A DNA stretch of 64,000 nt from Meiothermus sp. (GTDB lineage: Bacteria; Deinococcota; Deinococci; Deinococcales; Thermaceae). The translations under genes and the position numbers were made by a program. Under the pieces are notes generated by a model. The model searched no databases. It saw only the letters and a list, made by a program, of their open reading frames with translations, and was not told the DNA's origin. The stretch lies in assembly GCA_033762915.1 (NCBI GenBank), contig JANRLD010000072.1, forward strand, positions 1 to 64,000, written 5' to 3'. Shown piece by piece: positions 10,032 through 18,728 of this stretch. Position 1 is the first letter of the stretch, and the number at the start of each line of letters is the position of its first letter.

Positions 10032-11268
10032 CTGATTGCGTTCCCACTATTGCCTCCCTCGAGGCTACAGGTAATACCAACTCCGAGAATGAGTGACGCA
10101 TAAGTTGTAGAATGTGAGCATGAGCCGCAAGATAGCGCCAATAGCATGGGCGGAAAGCGCAGAAGAGTTGGGGTCAAGATACCGCAAGGCAAGGGATGTG
10201 GAGCAGCGCAAAAGGCTGCAAGCGCTGTGGCTGGTGCGCCAGGGGAAGGATGCCCAGGACGCAGCGGTGGAAGTGGGGATAGGGCGAAAGACCATCGGCA
10301 GATGGCTGGATTGGTATCGGCTGGGGGGTCTGAGCGAGGTGCTGAGGCGGGTGCCGGGTGCCGGGGCAGAGCGACTGAAGTCTTGGTTGAGCGAAGAGCA
10401 GAAGAAGGCTCTGGAGGCGGAGAGTGCTAAGGGTAGTTTCCGCACCTACGAGGATGCGCGTCGCTGGGTAGCCAAGACCTACAAAGTCAACTACCGATAT
10501 AAGGGCATCTACACCCTGATGAGCCGCCTGGGCATACACCCCAAGGTGCCACGCCCCAGTTCCCCCAAGGCTGACGCGGCGACTCAGGAGGCGTGGAAAA
10601 AGGGGGTCTCAAGGAGCAACTTGAACAGGCCAAGGAAGGACTCGGGGATCTCAACCTTGCCACAGAAGAAACCAAGGCGAGTCTGAGCACGGCCACGGCC
10701 TTTAGTGATGAGATGCGCCTGGGGCTGATCGGACAGGTCAGACGCGTTCTGGCTCCTAGAGGGGTAAAAGTCGTCCAGCCACTACAGCGAGAATACCAAT
10801 ACGAGTACCTGATGCTGGCGGTACTGCCCTTGATCGGCAAACTGCTGTGGGAGTGGATGCCTCGGATGAAGCAGGTTCATCTCGTCCCCATCCTCCAGCG
10901 TTGGTCACAACACATCACCTGCAACATATGGGATGGGGCCGGGGTTCACCGAGGCAAAGACCTACACAACCTACCGGGTACTCGTATCATCCAGCCAGCC
11001 TACTCTCCTGAACTCAATCCCGCAGAACGGGTCTTCCAGGAGGTTCGTCGCCACGTTGAGGGCAAGGTCTACTCCTCTCTCGCCGACAAACGCCAAGCTG
11101 TCGAAGACTTTCTCCAAGACCTCGCTGCTCAACCCGTCGCCGTCAAGCAACTGTGCTTTTGGCCTTGGATTCGTGAGGCTTTATGTGTCACCCAATCAAG
11201 GATTTGGTATAAGGTATTCGCCAAAGCAAAAATCGCTATTGGGAGTATGCGTGGGAACCGCTGTCAGG
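10032..11268. repeat. MITE/REP-like palindromic element, copy 1, split by the IS630 (halves 10032-10073 and 11212-11268)
   Basis: Left half CTGATTGCGTTCCCACTATTGCCTCCCTCGAGGCTACAGGTA and right half AGGTATTCGCC...GGGAGTATGCGTGGGAACCGCTG together align with the intact copies at 23716 and 38069. Confidence 0.75.
10074..11209 (+). mobile_element. IS630-family insertion sequence
   Basis: Imperfect terminal inverted repeats: ATACCAACTCCGAGAATGAGTGACGCATAA vs ATACCAAATCCTTGATTGGGTGACACATAA, 24/30 identical. TA at 10072-73 and 11210-11 is consistent with the target duplication. Encodes an HTH plus DDE transposase. Confidence 0.92.
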
Positions 11269-11288
11269 GCGGGTCTACCCTGCGTTAA
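10120..11288 (+). CDS. IS630 transposase, OrfA (10120-10686) and OrfB (to 11288) joined by a -1 frameshift
   Basis: OrfA has HTH domains ending ...WKKG. OrfB has [15 protein letters not shown] and [15 protein letters not shown] slippery AAAAAGGGGG run lies at 10597-10606. Confidence 0.88.
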
Positions 11289-11305
11289 AACGGTTTGCCA
11301 AAGTG

Positions 11306-11335
11306 AAGCCCGCAGATTTGGTCTGCGGGCTTTTT
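11306..11335. terminator. Intrinsic terminator hairpin 3' of tRNA-Leu
   Basis: AAGCCCGCAGA-TTTGG-TCTGCGGGCTT stem-loop with a T-run. Confidence 0.75.
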
Positions 11336-11420
11336 GGTGCGAGAGATGGGACTCGAACCCACACGCCCTGTCGGACAACAGATTTTAAGTCTGTAGCGTC
11401 TACCATTCCGCCACTCTCGC
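11335..11420 (-). tRNA. tRNA-Leu (anticodon TAA)
   Basis: Reverse complement GCGAGAGTGGCGGAATGGTAGACGCTACAGACTTAAAATCTGT...GGGTTCGAGTCCCATCTCTCGCACCA forms a cloverleaf with long variable arm and encoded CCA. Confidence 0.97.
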
Positions 11421-11523
11421 GCCGGGCGGGCAAGGGTTAGTTTAGGGGGTTTTGACAAATTAGTGAAGAATATCAAGGTAGCTCTGGCGGAATCGCAATG
11501 AAACTGCTTTCTGCTGATAGCCT

Positions 11524-13482
11524 TTATTGCCCAAGCCGCATGGTGCCCAGGTCCAGCGCGTCCGTTCGAGGCACGGTCAGGTCGCGCAGCGAGGCCGGCT
11601 CACCGGGGTCGCAGAGCTGGTTGGCGGAGTCGTCGCGGCAGAGCTGCATTTTGTAAATCCCGGGCATCAGTCGGGTCTCGAAGCTCGAGCCGGTGATGGG
11701 CTTCAGGCGGGGGCTTGGGCCGCTGAACTGAACCAAGAAATTGCCCGAAGGTAGCACCCAGCCGAACACACCAGGCAGGTTGAGAAATCCGTCTCCGTAG
11801 ATGTTGTCGCGGCCAACAGTACCCAGGTCGGTGAGCCGGGACTTGACCAGCTCCCAGGCGGCTCTGGGGGTTTCGGCTTTATCTGCCGAGAGGACCATGG
11901 CAACAGCGGCGGCTACCTGGGGCGAGGCCTGAGAGGTCCCCATATAGAAAGTGTAGTTGGGCAGGTTGGTGGTGTAGTTCCAGGTGGTCGAGAGGATTCC
12001 CCCCACACCGCCCGGCTTGCTGGTGGTGTTGCCACCGGGGGCGGTCACGTCCACGTCTTCGTTCTGCTGGCTGTAGAAGGTGGACTGGTTCTGGTCGTCG
12101 GTCGCCGCGACGGAGACCACCCCGGGGCAGGAGGCGGGGTAGACCTTATCACCGGGGAAGCGGCTCTGGAAGTTGCCTGCGGCAGCCACCACCACCACCC
12201 CCCTAGCGGTCACGTCGGCAATGGCCTCGCACATCGAGAAGGCCTGGGTGCCGCTGCGGGCCCCCAGCGACAGATTGATGATCTGCGCAGGTCGAGGGTT
12301 TAGCAGGGTCTGGCCGCCGACGGTCACCGCGATTCCGCCGGCGTACCGTACGGCCAGGGCCACGTTAGCAAAACTCCCGTTGCCTTGAGCGTCGAGTACC
12401 CGGATGGGCAGCACTTTGACCTGTGCGCGGTAGCCCAGGCCCACCATCCCGGAGTCGGTGCAGGTGGGGCAAGGGCGGTCGAAGGTGCCTGCATTGGCGA
12501 CGATGATGCCGGTCACGTGGGTGCCGTGGCTGCCACCGCTCTTGGCCAGGGCGTCGCAGGGGTCCTGAGGGTTGTTGTCGGTGGGTGGTGCGTTAAGGGG
12601 GTCGGGAACCGCACAGGGCTCGGCCGTATCACCCACAAAGTCGTAGGCCCCTTCGCCGGGCTGCCACAGCCTTCCGGCCAGGTCGGGGTGGTCGTAGCGT
12701 ACCCCGGTGTCTATCACCGCCACCGTAACCGGGCGGGCGTAGGCCTGCTCGCTACCGAAGTGTGCCCCGGTCTGGCGGAAGTACCACTGCTGATTGAGGA
12801 ACTGGTCGGTGGGCTGGGCTTGGGCCTGGACCTGCCCCGGTGCTCCGAGGGCGCTGACGATCCCGTTAGGCTCAGCCCAGACCACATTGGGGTCGGCACG
12901 GAGCTGCTCGAGGGTGCGACGAACGTCGGCGGTCTTGAGTTTGGCCAGGCGGTTACGGCTGTCCTGGTCAAGCATCCTGGCGTTCCCCAGCGACTGGCGG
13001 CTGAGCCCGCCTTGGCGGTACTTAACCAGCACCTCTCCGGTGTCCCCGCCGGCCTCGGGGCGAAGGCCCTGCCAGCCGAGGCCGGGGGCGGACGCGAGTG
13101 CGGTGGCCGCCGGGGTGGCCTCGACCTGCCCGGTCACCCGAACCAGCGGCAGCCGCACCCGAATGAATCCCTTGAGGTCTCCAGAGACCTCGATCAGCCC
13201 CTGGTACTCGGCTTGCTCGGCGATGGGCTCGCTGAAGTTGGTGCGAACGCGGATGGTGGCCGGGCCGAGTCCGCTCTCTGGGGAAAGCACGATCCAGCCG
13301 GTGGGGCTATCAAGTTTCCAGGCTACGTTGGGGCCAGCGCGAAGGTTAAACTGCGTCTCCGTTCCGCCGAGCTGAATCTCTACCGGCACCGCGTTAAGGG
13401 CGTTGACCGGCTCGAGCAGCCCCTGGAGTGAGCTACAGGCAGTCGCAACAAGGCTCAGAAGCACCAGGGCAAAACGACGCAT
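11524..13482 (-). CDS. S8 (subtilisin-like) serine peptidase lipoprotein, paralog 1
   Basis: Lipobox LVATAC and catalytic triad motifs VIDTG, HGTHVTG and GTSQASP. Confidence 0.93.
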   Translation of the reverse strand: MRRFALVLLSLVATACSSLQGLLEPVNALNAVPVEIQLGGTETQFNLRAGPNVAWKLDSPTGWIVLSPESGLGPATIRVRTNFSEPIAEQAEYQGLIEVSGDLKGFIRVRLPLVRVTGQVEATPAATALASAPGLGWQGLRPEAGGDTGEVLVKYRQGGLSRQSLGNARMLDQDSRNRLAKLKTADVRRTLEQLRADPNVVWAEPNGIVSALGAPGQVQAQAQPTDQFLNQQWYFRQTGAHFGSEQAYARPVTVAVIDTGVRYDHPDLAGRLWQPGEGAYDFVGDTAEPCAVPDPLNAPPTDNNPQDPCDALAKSGGSHGTHVTGIIVANAGTFDRPCPTCTDSGMVGLGYRAQVKVLPIRVLDAQGNGSFANVALAVRYAGGIAVTVGGQTLLNPRPAQIINLSLGARSGTQAFSMCEAIADVTARGVVVVAAAGNFQSRFPGDKVYPASCPGVVSVAATDDQNQSTFYSQQNEDVDVTAPGGNTTSKPGGVGGILSTTWNYTTNLPNYTFYMGTSQASPQVAAAVAMVLSADKAETPRAAWELVKSRLTDLGTVGRDNIYGDGFLNLPGVFGWVLPSGNFLVQFSGPSPRLKPITGSSFETRLMPGIYKMQLCRDDSANQLCDPGEPASLRDLTVPRTDALDLGTMRLGQ

Positions 13483-13614
13483 CCAGTCAAGAATATCCTG
13501 AAATTCACAGAGTCCAATGAATATATGAACAAGCCGCTGGCCGGACAGCTGGGGACAGGGTTCGTTTCTCAGCCGGTTTGACTTTTCTGGCCTTTGACCA
13601 AAAGCCCGCTTCCG

Positions 13615-14733
13615 TTAGCTCCAGTCTTCTGGCTTCGGGGCCAAACCCAACCGCCAAGCCACGCCCAGGGCGCAGCGCTCGGCGGCCTTTCCGTCGCCGT
13701 AGGGGTTCTTGGAGGCAGCCATGCGCTTGCGCTCGGCCTCGTTGGAAAGCAGTTCGGTGGTCAGGCGGTAAAGATTCTCGGGCTCGGTGCCCGCCAGGCG
13801 GATGATGCCCGCGTCCACGCCCTCGGGCCGCTCAGTGACGTTACGGGGCACGATCACCGGGACGCCCAGCGCTGCGCCTTCCTCCTGCAAACCGCCGGAG
13901 TCGGTGACGAAGAGTTCACTGCGGCTCATCAAGGCGGCCATCGCGCCGTACTCCAAGGGGTCGGTCAGGATCACGTTGGGTACACGTTCCAGCACCGGCC
14001 ATACCGCCTCGCGCACCACTGGGTTGAGGTGGACCGGGTAGACAAACGTGAAGCCGGGGTGCTCCCGGGCCGCCCGCGCCAGCGCCTCGGCCAGCCTTCC
14101 CATGATCTCCCAGTTTTCTCGGCGGTGCAGGGTCACGGTAACCAGCCTCGAGTCGGGTATGCCCTCGGGCAGTCGGCCCACTTTAGAGGCGAACATCACT
14201 GCATCCACGGCGGTCTGGCCGGTGACCAGGATGCGGTCAGGGCCTTTGCCCTCGGCCAGCAGGTTGTTTTTGGACAGGCCGGTGGGGGCCAGGTCGAGGT
14301 CGGTCAGCACATCGGTCAGGCGCCGGTTGGCCTCCTCGGGGAAGGGCTCGGCCATGTTGTGGCTGCGCAGACCGGCCTCCACGTGCCCTACGGGGATTCG
14401 CTCCAGAAACGCCGCCCAGCTCACCGCGAAGGTGGTTAGGGTGTCGCCGTGCACCAGAACGTAGTCGGCCCCGAGTTTTTTCAGCGCAGCAGCGGTCTGG
14501 GGCAAAACGCGCGCGAACAGCTCGGGCAAGGTCTGACGGTCCACCATCACATCCAGGTTTAGCGTTGCGGGAACGTTAAACAGCGACAGAGCCTGCAAGA
14601 GCATCTCGCGGTGCTGGCCGGTTAGCAGCACCAACGGTTCGATGCCCTCGACTTTGCGGAGGGCGTGATAGACGGGAGCCATTTTCGTGGCTTCGGGCCG
14701 GGTCCCGAAGGCCAGGACGACACGTTTTCTCAT
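13615..14733 (-). CDS. wecB: UDP-N-acetylglucosamine 2-epimerase (non-hydrolysing)
   Basis: [33 protein letters not shown] and NPYGDG motifs. Confidence 0.96.
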   Translation of the reverse strand: MRKRVVLAFGTRPEATKMAPVYHALRKVEGIEPLVLLTGQHREMLLQALSLFNVPATLNLDVMVDRQTLPELFARVLPQTAAALKKLGADYVLVHGDTLTTFAVSWAAFLERIPVGHVEAGLRSHNMAEPFPEEANRRLTDVLTDLDLAPTGLSKNNLLAEGKGPDRILVTGQTAVDAVMFASKVGRLPEGIPDSRLVTVTLHRRENWEIMGRLAEALARAAREHPGFTFVYPVHLNPVVREAVWPVLERVPNVILTDPLEYGAMAALMSRSELFVTDSGGLQEEGAALGVPVIVPRNVTERPEGVDAGIIRLAGTEPENLYRLTTELLSNEAERKRMAASKNPYGDGKAAERCALGVAWRLGLAPKPEDWS

Positions 14734-14816
14734 AGGTTGGTTGGGTTTCGCATAAACCCACTCAGCAGAATACCCTATCGTACCCCTCTGCCGCCCAGCG
14801 TTTTACCATAACCCCG

Positions 14817-15938
14817 CTATTGCGGCACCGACTGCGACTGGGCCTCGAGCGCCTGCTCTTCCTTCCAGACCGCCCGCAGCTTACGCCACACCGCGAAGCC
14901 CAACAGCCCCGCGGTCCCCAGGGCCGCCACCACAATTACCGTCAGGCTAACCCCCTGCACCGCCATCGCCACGATGTTGAGCGCCAGGGTGACGCTCCAC
15001 AGGGTGATGGTCGTGCGGCGCTGGGAGAACCCCCTGGCCAGTAGCAGGTGGTGCAGGTGGTCCCTGCCGGGGGTGGACATGGGGTTCTGACCCCTCGAGA
15101 GCCGCCGGATGAATACACGGGTCACGTCGAAGATTGGCAGCAGCAGGAACAGCGCGGTGGGGATCAGTGAAAAGACCGTAGTCACCTTTAAGCTGCCCAG
15201 CAGCGCGGTGGCCGCCAGCACGTATCCGAAGAAATAAGCTCCGGCATCGCCCATGATGATTTTGGAGGGGTGGAAGTTGTGCCGCAAAAAGCCAAGCGCC
15301 CCGCCCGCCAGCGCGGCCAGCACCAGGGTTGCGGCGGCCCACCGCGGGTCCTGGGCGGAAACCGCCAGAAGGCACATTGCCGTGATGTAGGAGATGCCCC
15401 CTGCCAGACCGTCCACCCCGTCCATCAGGTTGACCGCGTTGGTAATCCCCACCACCCAGAAAACCGTCAGGAAGGCCCCCAGCAGAGGATCCAGGGCCGT
15501 CCCGAAGGCCGCGTCGAAACGTATCCCGACTGCCACCAGCAGCAGTGCCGAAAGCACCTGCACCACCAGCCTGAACAGGGGCGGCAGGCTGAACTGGTCG
15601 TCGATAAAGCCCACCATCACCAAAATGGCCCCGCCCAGCAGAATGGCCAGCACCTGCACCTGCACGGTCTGGATCTCGATAGGGCGCAGCACCGCCGCGA
15701 CAATCAGCGCGGTGATGACCCCCGCGAAGATGGCCAAGCCCCCCGCGTTGGGCAAGGGCTCTTTGTTAAGGCGTCGGGCGTTGGGCTGGTCGGCCCAGCC
15801 CACCTTAAGGGCAAAGCTCCGCACCCTGGGCATGAACCGCCAGGTGGCGAAGGACGCGATGGCGAACGTCAGCATAACCGTCCACCAACCCGACCCCGCC
15901 GGGTTGGCGACCCCGATTGCCTTGAGAAACTCGAGCAT
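14817..15938 (-). CDS. WecA/TagO-type undecaprenyl-phosphate GlcNAc-1-phosphate transferase (MraY superfamily)
   Basis: Polytopic membrane protein with GFIDD, NAVNLMDGVDGL, IMGDAG and DHLHH motifs. Confidence 0.92.
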   Translation of the reverse strand: MLEFLKAIGVANPAGSGWWTVMLTFAIASFATWRFMPRVRSFALKVGWADQPNARRLNKEPLPNAGGLAIFAGVITALIVAAVLRPIEIQTVQVQVLAILLGGAILVMVGFIDDQFSLPPLFRLVVQVLSALLLVAVGIRFDAAFGTALDPLLGAFLTVFWVVGITNAVNLMDGVDGLAGGISYITAMCLLAVSAQDPRWAAATLVLAALAGGALGFLRHNFHPSKIIMGDAGAYFFGYVLAATALLGSLKVTTVFSLIPTALFLLLPIFDVTRVFIRRLSRGQNPMSTPGRDHLHHLLLARGFSQRRTTITLWSVTLALNIVAMAVQGVSLTVIVVAALGTAGLLGFAVWRKLRAVWKEEQALEAQSQSVPQ

Positions 15939-16403
15939 CGACACGAGTCTACATTGCCTTTCTGTGAGTGTGGCTGAGGCTCGAGCCCACGGCCACCTCC
16001 GGCCCTCGGCTAATGCCTTGAAAAGTGGGGCAACTTTTGCGTAGTGGTGTTCGCCAAGGTTTCAGGGCCGCTGTCCATAAACCGGCCAACTGTTGTTGTT
16101 CATCGACTGGCTTGGGAGCATTCCGGGACGAGATAAGGTCGGGCAAAAGCGAAGCGACGGACAAGGCAATCATCAGCCTAGCGCACGCTGCGCCGAAGGT
16201 TTCCGCGTGTGGCACTCGATCTACGAACATGCCGGCACATCAAGGCAGACAGGTCGGGCCGTGCCGTCCACCTTGCCCAAGGCGTCTCGAGGTTGCATTT
16301 ATGGGTGCCCCAGCCCATCATAGAGGGACAACCTTATCCCCAAGCGGCTGCAAAGCTCTTCACCTCCCCCTCGCCCTCGCTTTTCCCTCTGAGGAGTCCT
16401 CGT

Positions 16404-18602
16404 ATGAAACCTCTTTCAAAGCTTGCGATCTTCGCGTTGATTTCCCTGTTGGTGGCCTGTGTTGGCGGCTCGAGCGGGCCGGTCAGTGGCAACAGCACCG
16501 GGGGCGGGCTGCTGGTTCTGCCGGGCCAGGTAGGGGAGGAGCCCTCGCCCACCGATCCCGTCGGCAATGACGTGATTGCCGGGACCATCACCGCCCCGGC
16601 CGGTGGAAACCTGTTGGGCACGCTGGTTGTCTTCTGTTTTGTAGACAACACCAATCAGTGCAACCCAAAGTCCGCCAACAGCACCGTCGACTGGATCACC
16701 GTCAGTGCCAACAAGGTCACCTACTCGATCAAGCTGAACGCCGGCCGCTACATCGTGGAAGCCCTTAAGGACAACAACAACGACGGCGACCTCGGTGCGG
16801 GAGACTGGTACGGCTGCTTCGGGCAGAACGGTACGCTGTGCTCGATCGTTCAGCCCCCCCGGGGCAGCGTCAATGTGAACATGGGGGTGCTCACCAGCAG
16901 CCTGGCCGCTCGCGAACTGCCCAGTGCCCGCAGCCAAAACTTCCGTGCCAACTCGGCAGAGGCGGAAATCGTCGCGGGAGAGGTGATTGTTAAGTTCAAA
17001 CCCGGCGTGAGTCTGCAGCGCCTGTCTGGCCTCAGCGCCAACGTCGGGGGCCAGCAGGTGGAGGCGGCCTGGGTGAGGTCCTTGGGGCTGCCGGAAACCG
17101 AGCTATTCCGGGCGGGCCTGGATGTGGCGCAAACCTACGAGCTGATCGCCCAGCTCAGCCAGCGCCCCGACGTCGTATATGCCGAGCCAAACTACATCTC
17201 GCGGGCCTATAAGGCCCCCAACGACCCCCTCTACGCCCGCCAGTGGCACTACAAGGCCATGAACTTGGAGGCCGCCTGGGACATCACCGACGGTACCGGC
17301 AGCCCAGTCAACGTGGCGGTGGTGGACACCGGCAATATCAGCCATCCCGACCTTAACGCCGGCACCCTGCCCGGTTTCGACTTCATCTCCGACCCAGCTC
17401 GAGGGGGAGATGGCAACGGGCGGGATAACAACCCCACCGACGAGGGCGGCGACTCGGGCTTCCACGGCGCCCACGTGGCCGGGACCATCGCAGCCCGCAG
17501 CAACAACGGTTCTGGAGTGGCCGGGGTAAACTGGGGGGCCAGGATCATTCCGGTGAGGGTGCTGGGCGTGGACGGCTCCGGCTCCTCGCTGGACATCATC
17601 GATGGGGTGCGCTGGGCGGCGGGCCTGAGCGTGGCGGGCGTGACCAACATCCCCTCCGCTAACCAAGCCAAGGTAATCAACATGAGCCTGGGTGGAAAGC
17701 GGCCCTGTAGCGCTACCGAGCAGGCCGTCTTCACCCAGCTCAAGAACTTGGGGATCATCGTGGTGGTGGCGGCAGGAAACGAGAATGACAACGCCGTCAA
17801 CTACGCCCCCGCCAGTTGCAACGACGTCATCACCGTCGGGGCCACCGGCCCCAGGGGCGAGCGCGCCCGGTACTCTAACTTCGGCCCCCCAGTCGACGTG
17901 ATGGCCCCCGGCGGCGATACCCGTCAGACCATCACTGTGAGCGGCCAGACCTTCGACGCCGGGGTGCTTTCCACGGTGCTCAACGCCACCGGAAGCCCCG
18001 CCTTCACCAGCTATAACGGCACCTCGATGGCGGCCCCGCACATCGCCGGGGTGGTCGCCCTGATGCTCAGCCGCGACTCGAGCCTCAGCTTCGAGACCGT
18101 CCTGCAGCGGCTGCGCGACTCGGCGACGCCCCTTAGCAGCGCCAACTGCAACAGCCCCGTGGCCAGCGGGTGCGGTTCGGGTCTGGTAGACGCGGCCAAG
18201 GCGCTTGGTAGCAACGCCTCTGCGCCGACTCCGGCCCCGCCCCAGACTGGCACCGCCCGCATCTATGCGGCAGCCCTCTACTGTAAAACCAGCGCCTGTG
18301 CCGATTACGACGATAACCGCAGCAAAGTCATCGAGGTTACAGGCCAAACCCAGCAGATCGAGTTCCAAATTCGCAACCTTTCCGCGGGCACTTACGAGTT
18401 TGCCGGTTGGCAGGATGTGAACGCCGACGGCGAGATCAACGGAAACGACAGCTTTGGCTTCACCAGTCCTCTGGTGCTGCGCGACAACCAGACCCGCAAC
18501 GACATCCTGGTGCGCCTCAAGCCTTTCACCAGCACCGGCGCGGTCAGCGCTTCGGCCACCTCGAGCAGCCCGCTCGAGGCCCTCGAGCGGTTGGTCCGCT
18601 AA
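16404..18602 (+). CDS. S8 serine peptidase lipoprotein, paralog 2
   Basis: GAGGAG RBS, lipobox LLVAC, and VVDTG, FHGAHVAG and GTSMAAP motifs. DxNxDG modules lie N- and C-terminal of the catalytic domain. Confidence 0.93.
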   Translation: MKPLSKLAIFALISLLVACVGGSSGPVSGNSTGGGLLVLPGQVGEEPSPTDPVGNDVIAGTITAPAGGNLLGTLVVFCFVDNTNQCNPKSANSTVDWITVSANKVTYSIKLNAGRYIVEALKDNNNDGDLGAGDWYGCFGQNGTLCSIVQPPRGSVNVNMGVLTSSLAARELPSARSQNFRANSAEAEIVAGEVIVKFKPGVSLQRLSGLSANVGGQQVEAAWVRSLGLPETELFRAGLDVAQTYELIAQLSQRPDVVYAEPNYISRAYKAPNDPLYARQWHYKAMNLEAAWDITDGTGSPVNVAVVDTGNISHPDLNAGTLPGFDFISDPARGGDGNGRDNNPTDEGGDSGFHGAHVAGTIAARSNNGSGVAGVNWGARIIPVRVLGVDGSGSSLDIIDGVRWAAGLSVAGVTNIPSANQAKVINMSLGGKRPCSATEQAVFTQLKNLGIIVVVAAGNENDNAVNYAPASCNDVITVGATGPRGERARYSNFGPPVDVMAPGGDTRQTITVSGQTFDAGVLSTVLNATGSPAFTSYNGTSMAAPHIAGVVALMLSRDSSLSFETVLQRLRDSATPLSSANCNSPVASGCGSGLVDAAKALGSNASAPTPAPPQTGTARIYAAALYCKTSACADYDDNRSKVIEVTGQTQQIEFQIRNLSAGTYEFAGWQDVNADGEINGNDSFGFTSPLVLRDNQTRNDILVRLKPFTSTGAVSASATSSSPLEALERLVR

Positions 18603-18632
18603 ACCCATCGGGTCCGGGCCTGTTCCAGACCC

Positions 18633-18720
18633 TCACAGCGGTTCACACGCATACTCCCTACAGCGGTGTTGCTGTAGGGAGTAGATTCCTTGCCGCCTCG
18701 AGGTAATGGTGTGAACCTCT
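18633..18720. repeat. MITE/REP-like palindromic element, copy 2
   Basis: CAGCGGTTCACACGCATACTCCCTACAGC-GGTGTT-GCTGTAGGGAGTAGATTCCTTGCCGCCTCGAGG, with a perfect 13-bp internal stem. Lies between two convergent S8 genes. Confidence 0.8.
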
Positions 18721-18728
18721 GTCCGTGC

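Noticed and set aside
1..11420. Integrative island anchored at tRNA-Leu
   Set aside because: No integrase and no duplicate of the tRNA 3' end is visible in the window. It cannot be excluded beyond the left edge.
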